DNA of 64,000 nucleotides from Daphnia carinata (Eukaryota): NCBI RefSeq assembly GCF_022539665.2, contig NC_081333.1, positions 6,572,001 to 6,636,000 of the forward strand, read 5' to 3'. Shown piece by piece: positions 50,600 to 64,000 of this stretch (position 1 is its first letter; each line of letters starts with the position of its first letter). The notes under the pieces were generated by a model. It saw only the letters and a program-made list of their open reading frames with translations, ran no database searches and was not told where the DNA came from. The position numbers and the translations under genes were made by a program.

Positions 50600-51615
50600 A
50601 TTAAGGAACAGACGTTTTCGGGACACAGTGATAGTGTTGACCAGTTATGTTGGCATGAAACCAATCCTGATTTGCTCAGCACTGCCAGTGGTGACAAAGC
50701 AATGAAAGTTTAGGATGCAAGAATAAAGAAAAACATTGCAACAGTTAACACCAAGGGTATTTCTGTTATCAAATTCAAATTTTATTATGCTAGCTCACAC
50801 CCATTTGTTTCCCATTTCTCATTCAACAGGAGAAAATATCAACATTACCTCGTCACCTGGTGGTAATTCGATCGCTGTAGGAAATAAAGACGATCTAATC
50901 ACATTTATTGATGCCAGAACTTTCAAAATAAGAATGGAGAATCTGTTCAAATTTGAAGTCAATGAAATAGAACGAAGCAAGGCCAGCAATCTGTTTTTCT
51001 TAAAGAGTGGGCAAGGCTGCATCCAGATATGAGAGTAATGGTGAATTGCTTTTTGTATTCAACCCAATTGATACTACCAATGTCTCCTCGGTCTTGTTAC
51101 CCAGAGTTGACGACAGTCCACGTAACACAGGCTTACCCTGCCAAACTTGGATTTGCATCGAATTTGACCCGATTGGACGGTATTTCGCCACTGGGTCTGC
51201 TGACACCCTGGTTTCGCTGTGGGATGCCGATGAAATCGCTTGTTTGCGCACTTCCTCGAGGTACTGATAAGGCCAAATTACGCAATGTTTTTGGATTTAG
51301 GTTATTCAGTTAATATATTGGGTGTTTTTCTTAGGTTGGATTAGCCAGTCTGCACCCTGATTTTCAGCCACAATGGATCTATGCTAGCGTCTGGGTCAGA
51401 AGACCTTTTGATCGATGTCAGCCATGTAGGCATTGATGAACGTGTAATAGCCATCCAGTGGACAGGCCTGCTTTCACGGCCGCCTGGTACACACGCTCTC
51501 ATCTACTTGCCTACGCTTGCGAAAGATAAAGATGACGGAAATCGAGATCCTGGAACAGTGAAGCTCTTTGGTCTCTCTAACGAGTATGGCCCAGTGGAAT
51601 CGGTGGCTAAGCTTC
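50600..51615 (+). pseudogene. THOC3: THOC3 pseudogene copy
   Basis: Same sequence and same disabling lesions as 22915-23930. Confidence 0.9.
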
Positions 51616-52722
51616 ACGCGTTTTATGTATCGTTTATTTGTCCTTACAGATTGATCTTACTCGTATCATGAATTCATTTGTCACGCCCGTGTCTTCAATT
51701 TTGTTGAAAATACATAAGATCCTTCACTTTTGTCGAAGGATATAAAAAAAGAACAGATCTCTTTAGCGGTAAAATTCTTTTTTAGAAAGCAAAAAAGAAT
51801 TTTCTTTTCTTTCTTGACTCTCGGACTATTAAGGCAAGTCAAATGCAATTGAAGAAAAAATAAAAGAAATGTGAAACTGAATTGCAGAAGAAAGTCCCAC
51901 CTGACCATTTACATGAACCATCGCACAGTCCTAATCGTTTCTACTTTACTTATCATAGGTTGATAATTTCGAAGCAATCGGGACTGCAACCAGTATTCAC
52001 GTCAAATTTACTTGTTTAGCGGGGGGTGGCTACTCCCTAAACCGACTTTCTTCCTACTTCAGTTTCACATTTCTTTTTTTTTCCCTCGTTTTTGCGGACC
52101 TTTATGTACTATAGAGGTTGCTGCTCGCAGCATGTTTATTTCCAAATGCCCACCGTATGGCAGATGGTCCATGGCACATTCACGACATGAGCTTTTCAGG
52201 ACGTGACACCTCTATAGGGAGTGATCGACACCGCCTATTCCTACCACTCCAATGATAATAGGTCAGTAGCATCCCTTTAGTACACGAAATTAACTGCCCA
52301 AAACTCGCTGCTGCAAGTTTTGGCATTTTTCCAGCCATATTCGTTCATTAATTTAAACCTGTGGACTAAATTCACAAAATAAGCAGTGAACTATGTACAC
52401 TAGGTGAATTTTGTAATAATGGAACAATTTTTTTTTCTTTGAAGTTAAATTATACAAATAAAACGATGTTTGGCACAACAGTACAGTTTGCTATAGGGAC
52501 CGTGTAAAGGTGGTCTGCCTTATTTCAGTATTGACCTAAGTTTTTATTCTATATTCTATGGAAAAATTTAGAAACAAACAAATTTCTACCTTTTTTTTGA
52601 AAGAAGTTAGTTTTAACATGAATTTATATACAGTATGAAAATTTAAAAAGAATTTCTTCTCTACTTTTCTTTCTATCTATTTTATTTCATTTACCATTAT
52701 ATGTTTCAATTTATCCCTACAA

Positions 52723-54104
52723 GAATATTTCAAAAGTGGCTATACACTCTACTTGAACTCTGGACTTAGCTCTTCGCGCAATCGCATTATGGCCAACGAG
52801 TGGTAACGAGAGAAGCAGACTTAGTGACGGCTCATGAGTTAGGACACAACTGGGGTTCAGAGCACGACCCGGATTTACCCGAATGTAGCCCACCTGCTTC
52901 GCAAGGCGGTTCCTACTTGATGTACACTTACTCAGTTTCGGGTTATGACGTGAAAAACAAGGTAAAATTCTTATACTATATGTTATCCGGTTAATCAATA
53001 ATTCACCTCATTTCCCGATCTTCAAGAAATTTTCGCCTTGTTCTTTGAGATCTATACGAGCTGTTCTGCTTGCAAAAGCTGGCGGTTGCTTCACTGAACC
53101 TGAAGAATCATTTTGCGGCAATTTACGCGTGGAAGGAAAAGAGGAATGTGATGCCGGACTATTGGGTTCTGAGGATAACGACAGTTGCTGCGATAAGTTT
53201 TGCAACTTATGTCGCAACCAGGATGCTGTTTGCAGCGATAAAAACTCTCCCTGGTGTAAAAATTGCATGTTAATGCCAGCCGGCCAAAAATGTCGTGAGG
53301 CTCAAAGAGCCACCTGTGAACAAGAGGCTAAGTGCACAGGTAAAGGGATCTTCCCTTTTTGTAGCATTGACGTTTAGCTATTGATTCACGCTTGTCTATT
53401 CTTCAATTGACAGGTACCAGTTCTGAGTGTCCAGCCTCGGCACCACAACCAGACGGTACCGAATGCTTAGAAAAGGGTCAATGTCGTAACGGAACTTGTC
53501 TGCCATTCTGCGAAACACAGAACTATCAGTCGTGCATGTGTGATACCGTCGCAGACGCATGCAAGCGTTGCTGCCGTTATCACCTCAATGATACTTGCTT
53601 TCCGTTTGAGCCCCACGATATTCTGCCTGACGGCACACCATGCGTTCATGGGTTCTGTAATAGCGTAAGTATCTTCCTGTGACAGCCTTATTATATTTTG
53701 ATTTCTGCTATTATTTAATTGACTTTCGTGGAATAGGGGATCTGTGAGAAAACTGTTCAAGATATTGTGGAACGATTTTGGGATATCGTTGAGGAACTGA
53801 ACATTAACCGCGTTTTATCAATGCTAAAAGACAACCTAGTTGGAGCCGTGCTAATTGTATCAACTCTCTTGTGGATACCAGCATCCTGTCTTATCAGCTG
53901 GGTAAGCAAGACAAAGTTGTTAGCAGCACGCTTTTGAAAATAAATAAAAATTTATTTTTGATTGTTAAGGTTGATCGCAAACGTAAGCGACAGTTAGAGA
54001 CAGAGGAAGCCTGGCTGAGATCAGGTGAGCTGATCCATCCATCAGAAAATGGAACTCGTCGAATCATACACGCCCGTCCTCGCCCTTCACAGCAACAACG
54101 TTAG
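52723..54104 (+). pseudogene. ADAM17: 5'-truncated ADAM17 duplicate (copy 3)
   Basis: Nearly identical to copy 2, plus a 2-nt insertion near 52784 (AATCGCATT vs AATCATT) and a Cys-to-Trp change (SPWC). Confidence 0.9.
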
Positions 54105-56557
54105 AGAAGATAGGTTTTCCTGCCTGTTTTGTATTGCGATGCGATTCAACTTTTCGTATATTGTACAAGCATTGCAATCTTCGTTAACCCTTATTTATTT
54201 GCTTGTATTTTATAATTAAAATCCCATCTAACGATACGAGGTTTGCATTTCTCAATCAATTGCCAGTTAGAGGGGCGAGTTGAAAATCCTCATTTATTCC
54301 GTTCAATCGTACTTGTGTCTGCCCTTTTTTGCTATGATTTACATGACTTTTGTCTGTTTTGTTTCTAGTCACATAAGTGTTTCGTGTAAGTGACTCACCA
54401 TCTGTGTATGCAAAACACTGAATAAATGTTAATTCTTTCTGAGATATATTTTACACGTTGAACGATATGCCAACAGCTGTAAAGTTGTCTGCTATATATG
54501 ACATTACCTTTGATGCATTGGGTAACAAAACTGAACATGTATCGTTTAGATTTCAAAGAATAGAATAACGTTGGAAGAAAGCACAAGTACATTAACAACG
54601 ATATTTATTCACTTTGGCGCGCGTTGCCCTATTTTTACAGTCGCAGATTTACCGTAAAGCTTGCAGTATATAATGGGTTAATCCATGTTGAATTTAGTCA
54701 GAAATCATTAGTAAATAATTTCCAGAAAACTATTTTTTCAACTTAATTAGATTAGGGGGGGGGGAGGGCTTTTTAGCATTCAAGATCAGTAGACGACAGT
54801 CAGTCGAAGAGCGCACGTTCTACCTTAGGGGTCGTTTAAATCAAGCCTTGGTGCAAGTCTTGTAAGTGTGAGGAAAGTGGCTATTGATGCAGTGTATACC
54901 AGCGGTTAGTGATGCGTCTCAACGAGGAGACAACAGGGTTCGAGACCTCGTCATCGGACACGTTCATTTCCGATCCAGAAGGGAAACCTTAATGAATGGA
55001 CATATTCATCACATTTCTCCTACGCCAAGCCCGGGAAAGGGCGACCGAACACAGCGTATCCACATCAGTCGCTCAAATGGATGGGCAAAAATACGTCCTG
55101 CCCAAGCACACCGCCGTCATACGGTGATTACAAGAGCCACGCCGAAGGAAAGTTGGATATAATCGACGGTTTGCGTAATGCGGGTATTTTATAATGCTCA
55201 CGAACCTTCGTCTGGAGCTCCTGTTCTCCCAGCATCGTTGCTCTGGATGTATCCTGCCGTTGGCGGCCGACAGACACACAAATTTTATGGACTGCTCTCC
55301 GTGCCATTACTACCTGTGTAAATCGTCCGAACGTCATAAAATCCTTAGCGGACCTCGACAGGCCTATAGAGGAGTACTATTTAGGAAAATTAAGGCCTAC
55401 TTGACCGCTCCCAGGACCAAGAACACCTCATGGGTGTTCCCACCAAGTTCACCTCATGGGTGGACCCGCTGCCACCTACAATGCTGTCCTCAACGGGTAG
55501 GATTATGGGAGGCTCGGGCCTGCCTGAGATTTATCTGCTGCCCAAGTCCTGACCTGTACCATTTGTTTCACGACGTTGAAATAAAGTTTTATCGGGTCCC
55601 ATCACGCATTTTTTCATTATCGCTTTAACCCCTCATTTCATTTTAATGCCCGCTCTAGCTGCATGTAGACTGTAGAGTGCCGTACAGTCAATTCGTCTAA
55701 GTTTACCCGTCAACAATAAAGAATGGCCCTTAAAGAAAAAAGGAGGGCATTCGACTGAAGAAGAGCCCAAGCGAAGTATTGCAAATAATTTGAAAAAAAG
55801 GGAAAATGACGAAAGCAAAGCTAGTCGAGTATGCAACAAGAAAAATTGGCAGCCAGTTTTTTGTTAAGGTAAAGTATTCTGGATTTTTCATTATTTCTTC
55901 ATTTAAATTCAGGGGAAACCTTGGCCACACAAAGTTGTTGGTTACTGCAACACGCCACTGGTCCGTTGTTCAAGACATTTCTTATGGTACATCTGCACAT
56001 CTTTTGAGTACAGGTATTGATAGAGGCGAGCCACTTCATAAACCGCGAATGCAATGTCAGGTGGTGTAGACACCATAATATTGCGTCAAACTACCTACAT
56101 CTACCTTATATTTCGGTAAATATATTGATTCGAAGGGATACTTTTTAATTACATTTCACTATGTTGAATCTTTGAAGAATGTGTTGAATATAGTGCGACT
56201 AATAGAGGAAAAGTCGTTATCGGCGGTTTCAGAGATCTGCAGGCCGACAAATATTTTAGCGGGAACTGATGTGATTTCAATAGTTATCTAAGATATGGAA
56301 AAATACTGCAAATTGTGGGCTCCTTGTAGCTGCCAATCAGGCCATCATGAGCTTAAATCACTATACTAGTTAGGCCATAACCTGTAGGTATTAAAAACGG
56401 AAAATATCGATGATCCTTTAGGAAACAAGTAAGCTTTATTTCTCACGTACTAATGGGCAGAAGATCAGAAAGAGTTAAAGCAATGAGAGTAAGAGGAGTA
56501 CTAACCAGTGGTCTGATTTAAGTGCGGAGAAAAGTAAGGCATAACAAAAAATTAGCA

Positions 56558-56645
56558 ATTGTAATTGCAACACATACCGATATCGACGATCAATTCTAAT
56601 GGGGAAGAGATAGAGACCTGAACTATGTAATCCAGCCACCCATTC
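56558..56645. mobile_element. Diverged remnant of a DIRS terminus/ICR
   Basis: AATTGTAA...TATCGACGATCAATT...AGAGACCTGAACT...CCACCCA resembles the reverse complement of 17588-17690. Confidence 0.5.
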
Positions 56646-57702
56646 AATCAGAATGTGAATTTATGGTAACTTGCTATAGGGCCAGAGTAAAGTGCGGACT
56701 GTATTATATAGGTAAAAATATTACAGTATCATATTGTCGCGGGTGAAAAGGGAAGAGTGGTTATCTCTTCCCAGAGATGAGTCACCCGCTTCTTGGACCA
56801 CGCTGCAGCCGTAGGATAGACGTCATCAGAAGAAATCTACCCATAAGAGGGAAACACGGAGATACGCATTCCGGAAGAGGTGTAATTTGTGCAACGCTAT
56901 AAAATGCTGCCGCGAAACTCTTTTAAATGAGTCCTCATCAGAGAAGGAGCTCACGGAGTTGACTAAGCTCCGTTGGAGGAGTTCCCTGTGTTTCCTAGAG
57001 GTCTTCAGAGCTTCTCCGAGGGTAAAGTTTTATCCCTTTTTTGTCTTAGATAAATATTGTATTAGTTTAGGTCATCACTTGTTGCGTTATTCTTTCTTGT
57101 CACAGACAATACAAGTGTGACACTAATTATCAAAAATAAAAATAAAAACTAATTTTAATTGAAAGCCAACATGCTTTATTTGAAAATATTAGAGGTGCAG
57201 TAATAGTAAAATGTTAGTTTTATCACGATTAGATTATGCACTAGGTAAAAATTTGTACAATGAAAGAAAAATATTACAAAAAAATTAAGGCACTTGTGGC
57301 ATTCCTAAGGGGATTTAAAATATTTATCAAATGAATAGTACGTTCTAGGGTAGATGAAAAATGCACTTTATGACAGTTAAGAGGCAAACGGGCAACTCGG
57401 TACATGGATATGCTACATCTCTGTACAATACACTGACCTCGGACTGTTTTAGTACAGGGCTGCGGATTCCTGCCAAATTTTTTGAGCCAGTCCACGGCTA
57501 AAATTCCGCATACCCCACTTTAGTCTGACCCATTCGTTATATGCAACTTTAGGCTACAGGTTTATTCAATGGCAAGTTAGCGGCTAAAAATTCAGAGACA
57601 GATATTGACGCACTCAGACGGTTAAATAGATGAGGAAGAGGATGAAAATGTCTGAGGCTAAATGGGTTGATCACCTCCCCTTTGGCTCAGTTTTGCCTGT
57701 AG

Positions 57703-58213
57703 ATAGCTAATAATGGTACTACCCAGCAACAACAGAGGCAGCATGCTCTTCACCTGCAGCAACAACGACAAGCAATGCAACAACAGCAAACAATGCAGCA
57801 ACAACAGGCAATGCAGCAACAACATGGAATGCAACAGCAACAGGCAATGCAACAGCAACAGGCCTTACGGCATCAACAAACTGCGACGCAACAGAATGGC
57901 TATCCGGTGTCGGCCGGAATTTCAGCCGGTTGCCATCAGGCTGCTAATACACAGCCCCATAGCTCAGGGGTGATATTCTAATTATCATTTTTAATATTGC
58001 ATTTAATTTAAAAATTTTGCCTTATTTCATAATTCAGTGATCGTACCGAGGCATGTATGACTACGATGCCGATGATGACGAAATTTTTCTTTCCGCGATG
58101 GCGATATTATCGTCGATTGCAAACCGATCGATGAGGGTTGGATGATGGGCACAGTTCTGAGGACAGGCAATTCTGGAACGGTACCGGCAAACTACATCGA
58201 ACCTATCAACTAA
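57703..58213 (+). pseudogene. Lasp/nebulin-type 3' fragment: Gln-rich linker plus C-terminal SH3
   Basis: MQQQQ repeats, then [22 protein letters not shown]...[25 protein letters not shown]. Frameshift near 58087; no upstream exons seen. Confidence 0.7.
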
Positions 58214-59075
58214 TATTTTCGATCTTTTTTTCCCATACCCCTGATCCTTTGGATCTCCATCCTTCATCCTTGGATCCCCTAATCCTTAGAAACCATCGTC
58301 CTTCCTGCACGCAACACATTTCAAATTTCGGTTTGTTTTCTTTATGGTTTTCATTTTTTATTTTTTTATTGCCAATAATAAAAATTAATAATCATAAATT
58401 TTTTTTCTACTTCAACAGAATTCCCGCAGCTAACACATCCGACACCTGGTGATATTTAGTATTGATCTTCAAATTACCATATTGCACTAAAAAAATGGCA
58501 GCTACGTCACATGCCCTTAAACATCTGAACATAGGGCGGCGGGGTTGTTTTTCCAAGGCTTGCTTTCGGGTATTCCATGTTCTTCGTGATGTTGTTTCTC
58601 ATCAACTTGCATACATATGTGCCTTCTCTCCCCTTTCATTTTTATTCTTAACCTTAGCCACTAGCTATGGTCGGACGCAAGAACGTGACAACATTTTTTT
58701 TTGCCTTCTCCCCCTCCCCTTTATAAATGTTGGTAACATATCTAACTTATTTCTTGTTAACCAATCACTAGTTAATTAACGGTTTCACGTAAGGTTTGTA
58801 TAATTAATCGCAGTTTTTTTTCTACCTACTTTTTGTTTTCACCATTCATTGCTTGAGAGTTTCGTTCTTTAGCTTCGTACTGATGAATCCGAATGTAAAT
58901 TTTTGACGGTTTTTGACGGATAGAGAAAACAGATATCTAATTTGAAAGGATAGCGAAGAGAGGTATTGTACGTTTCTCTTTCATTCGGAATACAAAAGAA
59001 CAAGAGCACCTGAATAAAACCGAACATATTTTTCTTTAAAATAAATACCCTCAATGACGAGGTAAGTTTTCAGTT

Positions 59076-59870
59076 ACCAGTGTAGAGTCTGCCAAAAGGC
59101 GTCCGGACGCTGCTGGCGGCATTGACGACAGTGCGTGAGAATGCGCCCGTCAGTGGATACGATGACGCAAACGATCCTAAAATGTTGCTAGTCCCGATGG
59201 CGATCATCTCTTGACTGACATCAATGCGACTCCTTTTAGCTATCCATTTTCAATTCCACGTAATCCAAGACATGATAAAAAAAAAAATAATAGAACATCA
59301 TCTCCGTATGGCAGTGGCTTTGATATACCCTACATAATGATTTGGCAATTGCAATCGATTCAATTATGGTGACCAACATCGATTCAATTACGGCGACCAA
59401 CGGAGAAATGTAGAGCGAAGAGCCTAGATTTTTGCAATTGTCCACGAAAGAGCATTTCTTCCCCTCTGCCTCAAACGAAAAGGGCGGCGCTCAGAAAGGA
59501 AGGAATCCGCTAGGAATCTCACCTAAATATACAAACGTTAGATATTTAAGGAAAATTTTGCCGACTAAAAGCTGCGGCACGTTTAACAAAATGCGTTATT
59601 TTTGAATGGCGAAATAGTATTGGTTTTGTTTTTGCAGGGGATTCGTTTAACTAAAAACATATTGGGATGTGCGTGCATTACCGGTTACGGTGAAAGGATA
59701 GCTATTCTGGCCAGGTTCACGCAGAGCGTAAGCCAAAATGGAAGCGGCGTTGATGACGATAGCGTTACGCGAGACCGAAATCAGCCAACATGTCTTTTTG
59801 ACCCAATTTTGCCATCGCTTTCTTTCTCCTTCTTCACTCACTTTGACTTGATCAAGGACCTATCTTACGG
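59076..59870 (-). pseudogene. SLC26A11-like sulfate/anion transporter internal fragment
   Basis: WLISVSRNAIV, PLVAVIES...IAIAKS, VSQEMIAIGTSNILGSFASSYPLTGAFSRTVVNAASSVRTPFG. No N- or C-terminus seen; small internal duplication. Confidence 0.75.
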
Positions 59871-60721
59871 GAAAAAAGATGTGAATCAATAGGTTGAAGT
59901 ATCTTTCGCAATGCTTATACCCGAAGTAGAAGCAAAATAGCGATGGAGGCAAAACCGAAAACAGCATCCCATTTTTTAGTTTCTTCAATGTGTTCAAATA
60001 GCGCTATGCACATGCACAGCGGTATAAAATAAAATTTGCCGTTTGAATAAAAATGTTATCTAAACGCATCACTTAAACGTCCATGTCTAGCAATAACCGA
60101 TTACGAAACTTAAACTAAGGCTGACAGAAGAATTGGTAAAGTTTTCATAAACTTTATATTTTTTATGGCTAAACTATAGTAAACGAAAAATTATATTATC
60201 TGACTTATATTCCTTGAATTTATCGGTTTCCTTTTATCCGAATTCCTCGGTGCATCCTGTACGCCGGCACATTCCCCCTCCATTCCGTCCTATTTCCACG
60301 AAGATTTCCACGACATACCGTTCCACGTTCCAAGTTCACGATATACTCGGTGTCAAAAGTTGAGACTATACTGGAGGAAGTAAGAGAAAGGTTTGGAAAT
60401 TAAAAACTGGGAAGTGGGAACGTCACAGGGGTCTATGACCAAGTAAGAACCTGATGACAATGTAAGTTACCCAATGGTACAGAACATCTGTAATTTAATT
60501 GTGACGAATTATTCTCCATATCCTTCCTGTTAGATGTCAATGGCAAATTTGCCATCTTAAGAGATTTTATGTACCAATTCAACTCCAGGTAAGTGCAAGT
60601 TTTTAACATTAAAGAAGTCACAAAATATAATATTGCTTTCATCCACAGAGTTCTATATCCATTTATTGAATGCTAAAGGTAAAGCTCTTTTTAAAAGAAT
60701 AATACATCTCAATAACAATAA

Positions 60722-61712
60722 ATGGATGAAAGAGCATTCAAAACACGAAATGGAACAGAAGGGGTTGAAATAATAGACTTGGCTTGTCACAAAATACCTC
60801 TCCTCAGAAGCCAAATTCAAATAAATTTTTCTGATAGCTTTAGTAACAAATCTGATGCATGGATAGAAAAATCTATCAAGTTAATATGGGATGAGAAATG
60901 CCAAGAAAACAACAGGCTGTACAATAAATCTAAATTTAGATTTGACAGTATTGCAATTTACAATGATCACCAGGTTGTTATTAATCTGGGTCTTACCACA
61001 TACATGGAATTAATAGGAACAAATTGTCATCCATTTGGGAAAGAACTGGTAGTGCATGGAATAAAGTGCTTCAAAAATGGTCGGTCGTGTTTAGCTGATC
61101 CGTTGGGCGTAGGATGTCTTTTGCTTACTGCAGATGATAAATTCCTTTTCTTGAAACGGGCAATGTGGACCGGAGAAGACAAAGGAAAGCTAGACAGGCC
61201 AGGCGGTCATCCTGAACCTGATAATATTTCGTTAGCTATACAATCTTGGACAGAAGAAGAATGCCGGAAGCCAGAAAATTTACGTCGAATTCGAGATGAA
61301 ATCTTCGATTCTGTGATACATGAAGTTCGCGATGAAGTCAATTTGCCGATGGAAACAATAAAAGATCCTGTACTTTTAGGAGTAATTCGTAGCCTAGAAC
61401 GCTCTGGACGCCCAAGCGCGGAATTCCTTGTATGGTGAGTGTTTTACTTAGCAATGTCTTCTTTTCAGTTTTAACAATACACGGCGCTTAACCTTTTTCA
61501 GGTGCTCTTTGACGTCGGAGGAAGTAGAAGAGCTATATTCAAAAAACTGCCAGGCGGAGGCCGACGAATCGATAGGCATTGTCTTCATTTCGGAGGAAAA
61601 TATCCGCAAGCAGGATTTAGAACAACACGTTTGGAACAATCTTACGGATGCTGCTTGTGGAGCAATCGAACTCTACAGCCGTTCTTACTCGATTTCTCCA
61701 AATAAACATTGA
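60722..61712 (+). CDS. NUDT22: Nudix hydrolase NUDT22 (UDP-glucose pyrophosphatase-like), two exons 60722-61434 and 61502-61712
   Basis: LYNKSKFR, LGLTTY...GTN, LADPLGVG, DRPGGHPEPD, IFDSVIHEVRDEVN, GRPSAEF. GT-AG intron 61435-61501 keeps the frame through to TGA at 61710-61712. Confidence 0.9.
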
Positions 61713-62199
61713 TCTGAATACTGTCGCAACATATATCGTACTGAAACTGCTACAAGTACATTAAGCATTTATTACAACCCAAATCATTTCGCTTTCAGTT
61801 AGTTATATACAAATAATGAGTAACTTTTATGTGGTGAATACTTAAAGAGTAAAAGGAATTGTAAAACAGTTACAATAAATATTTTTTTAACGTTTTTGTT
61901 AATTTTTGTTTTCTCGCTGCTGTAAATCAAAGTGTTCTAAAATTTTTAGAGCAAATGAATATCTTCTTCATTAAAGCTGATGTTCAACGATTGCAGCGCA
62001 AATAATCATTTAATACTGATACTTCTTTATACGTTCCGTTTTGTTGGCCTTTATTATTTCCCAGTCTAAAACCGCATTTCCACATGTAGAAAAAGTTTTA
62101 TAAAACTGGACAAATGATATCCCGATATGGAGTATTGATGTAAAAAACTATGTTTTCAAATACTATAGCTTAGGAAATGTTCAAATGGAAAATTGGAAC

Positions 62200-63170
62200 C
62201 CCTACTAATCAGAAAAACAAAAATGGGGATTGTAAGGAACATTGCACCCATGTGTTTTGAAAATTGTGATTTTTGCCACGGACTTGATGGCATGGAATGA
62301 AGGACAACTTCATCGGTACAGTTCGGTCTTTTTCTTGCTTCACAGCATTCAATCCGTAAATGTTTGAAAGGTCCCAGACAACAGTTACGTATTCATTTAT
62401 TTCAGTTTGAAAATACGTTTTATTATATGATGTTCAAACTACGCAGGACAAACATTTTATGGGAAGTGCATAGAATCTAATATTCTTAACAAAAAAATCA
62501 TGCTTTTATAATTTACTTTTTGGCATATAGCCATTGCTTTCGTTTTACTTCATAACGCATACACAACTCAATTTCACCAACGACGTACGCAACCAATCCA
62601 CCGCGAATGCGGGTCACTTCCTGTAACACCAATGAAAATCCAGTACTGGTGACGTATTAAAGTGCAAACCACTCCTTTTAGAGTGATTAGAAATTTGAAA
62701 ATAATGGAAACAAGGCTTTACACATATATTAGTGCACAGCTGACCACGAAATTCGAACCCCATAACTAGTTTTCAAGTTGTTCAGCTTTACGATGATTAC
62801 TGCTTTATGGTGTGGTAATTTCGAATGAAATAGAGGCAGAGAAGTACTAAATCCGGACGACTTCATGTAATCATAGTTGACGTCGGGTTGATAGTGAGTT
62901 TCTTTCATAATGTCCAAATCGTCAAATCCTTCTCTCAGCCGTATTCCTTTATTAGAACAGTGAGATGTTAGCTTCGTTAGTTAACAACACATGCAAATGC
63001 TGGACAAACCTTTATAAAAATCATTATGCCTTTCGGGCTTAGAACAGAGCAGCAGAAGCGGCGTTTCGTTTCCAGGCACGGTCACCTCAACTAAGTTACC
63101 GTTTGGATCGCCGCATTGTGACATTTTTTGTACTCGTGTTAAGTTGAGCAAACCGGAAACTTCCACCTAG
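62200..63170 (-). other. Possible degraded multi-exon gene or transposon-derived sequence, unidentified
   Basis: Short protein-like frames (62981-63166, 62729-62917) and Cys/His-containing pieces separated by intron-like AT-rich stretches. No family recognised. Confidence 0.25.
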
Positions 63171-64000
63171 ATGAATTTTGGTTTCAATTTCATTGAAACA
63201 TGCTGTGGCGTGAAACCATAGTTACGTTTAACGTCATGGCCGCTGTTTCGTTTCCCGCAATTTTTTTGCTTTCCCGTTGAATTACGAAATCCCATGCACA
63301 TATTAACGGACTAACCACGTCACCGTCCTCGAAATATTGTCTACAAACATAGGGTTTCGGTAAGTACTAGGGCTTGTAAAAAAAAAATTTGTCCATGCAT
63401 AATCTGCTTACGGTAAGTTAATGACGCCGTCCACCGTCACATTAGGGCGGGGTGATCCACAAATGTATAATGGGTGAATAAAATCGTATTTCCCACTGAA
63501 AACAGGTACACTGGACTTGAAATAGAGTGAAGTGGATCGTAAAGCATCAATATGAAGCGCGGCTAACAAACTGGGCGTCGAGGAAAGTATCCGTGCAGGT
63601 GTGGACATGTTCCCCATCTAAAAATTTGAATACGGAAAAAAGCACAGCAAGGAAAGATAAAGAAGTAAATAGCAATAGAAAATTGAAGGCAAATATTATT
63701 AAACAGAAAAAAAAATAGATGAATATTTTGTTATTTTCTACTCAATGGAACTAAGCATGTTTAACGAATACCTGGAACTGCAATTGACAAAGGTAGCCCT
63801 TGCCTCTCGTGCTTGTATAATTGCCCGTGGCTTTAAGCCGGTTAGCGCTAACGTCGAGTATGGTCAAATCGTTTTTCAAATCTCGGAAAATCAAACGATC
63901 CGCACAAGGATATGCTACAGACTTCAAATTGACGCTTTGCAGAGTCAACATTACTCGACTAGAACTGCGTCGGTTACCCTGTACGATTCACAGAAACGGC

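Larger units (their letters stand above)
47960..52610. repeat. Tandem C units, period 2531 bp
   Basis: Identical ORFs recur at 48205/50736, 48850/51381 and 49150/51681. The same unit occurs at ~16659-24918. Confidence 0.95.

Noticed and set aside
57658..57973. LLLHC and CSNN repeat ORFs
   Set aside because: Alternate frames of the Gln-rich Lasp-like exon.
63200..64000. Short ORFs at the window end
   Set aside because: No recognisable motifs or splice structure.

Overview
Eukaryotic genomic DNA with short (~60-90 nt) introns. Gene content and intron size suggest a branchiopod crustacean such as Daphnia (inference). Only two genes look intact: ADAM17/TACE (5' end outside the window) and NUDT22. 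Bases ~1.3-56.4 kb are a rearranged segmental-duplication complex, in order A-B-C-C-A-[hAT nest]-B-C-C-A'. Block A is the 3' half of ADAM17, a WSCD-type sulfotransferase and a Gly/Tyr/Asn/Thr-repeat secreted-protein gene. Block B contains a two-RNxxCH (tandem HEPN-like) gene. Block C is a ~2.53-kb THOC3 pseudogene unit. Mobile elements: a full-length DIRS1-type tyrosine-recombinase retrotransposon with ITRs and ICR, a hAT element interrupted by a foldback element, three non-autonomous hAT elements and a probable solo LTR. There are also orphan fragments of MNS1, Lasp and SLC26A11. Two observations stand out. (1) Three exon-confined patches where about half the codons differ synonymously between intact ADAM17 and its truncated duplicates, while adjacent exon and intron DNA is ~98-99% identical. 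(2) A fast-diverging gene family with two Swt1-like HEPN (RxxxxH) domains. All alignments and counts were done by eye; coordinates marked approximate may be off by some bases.
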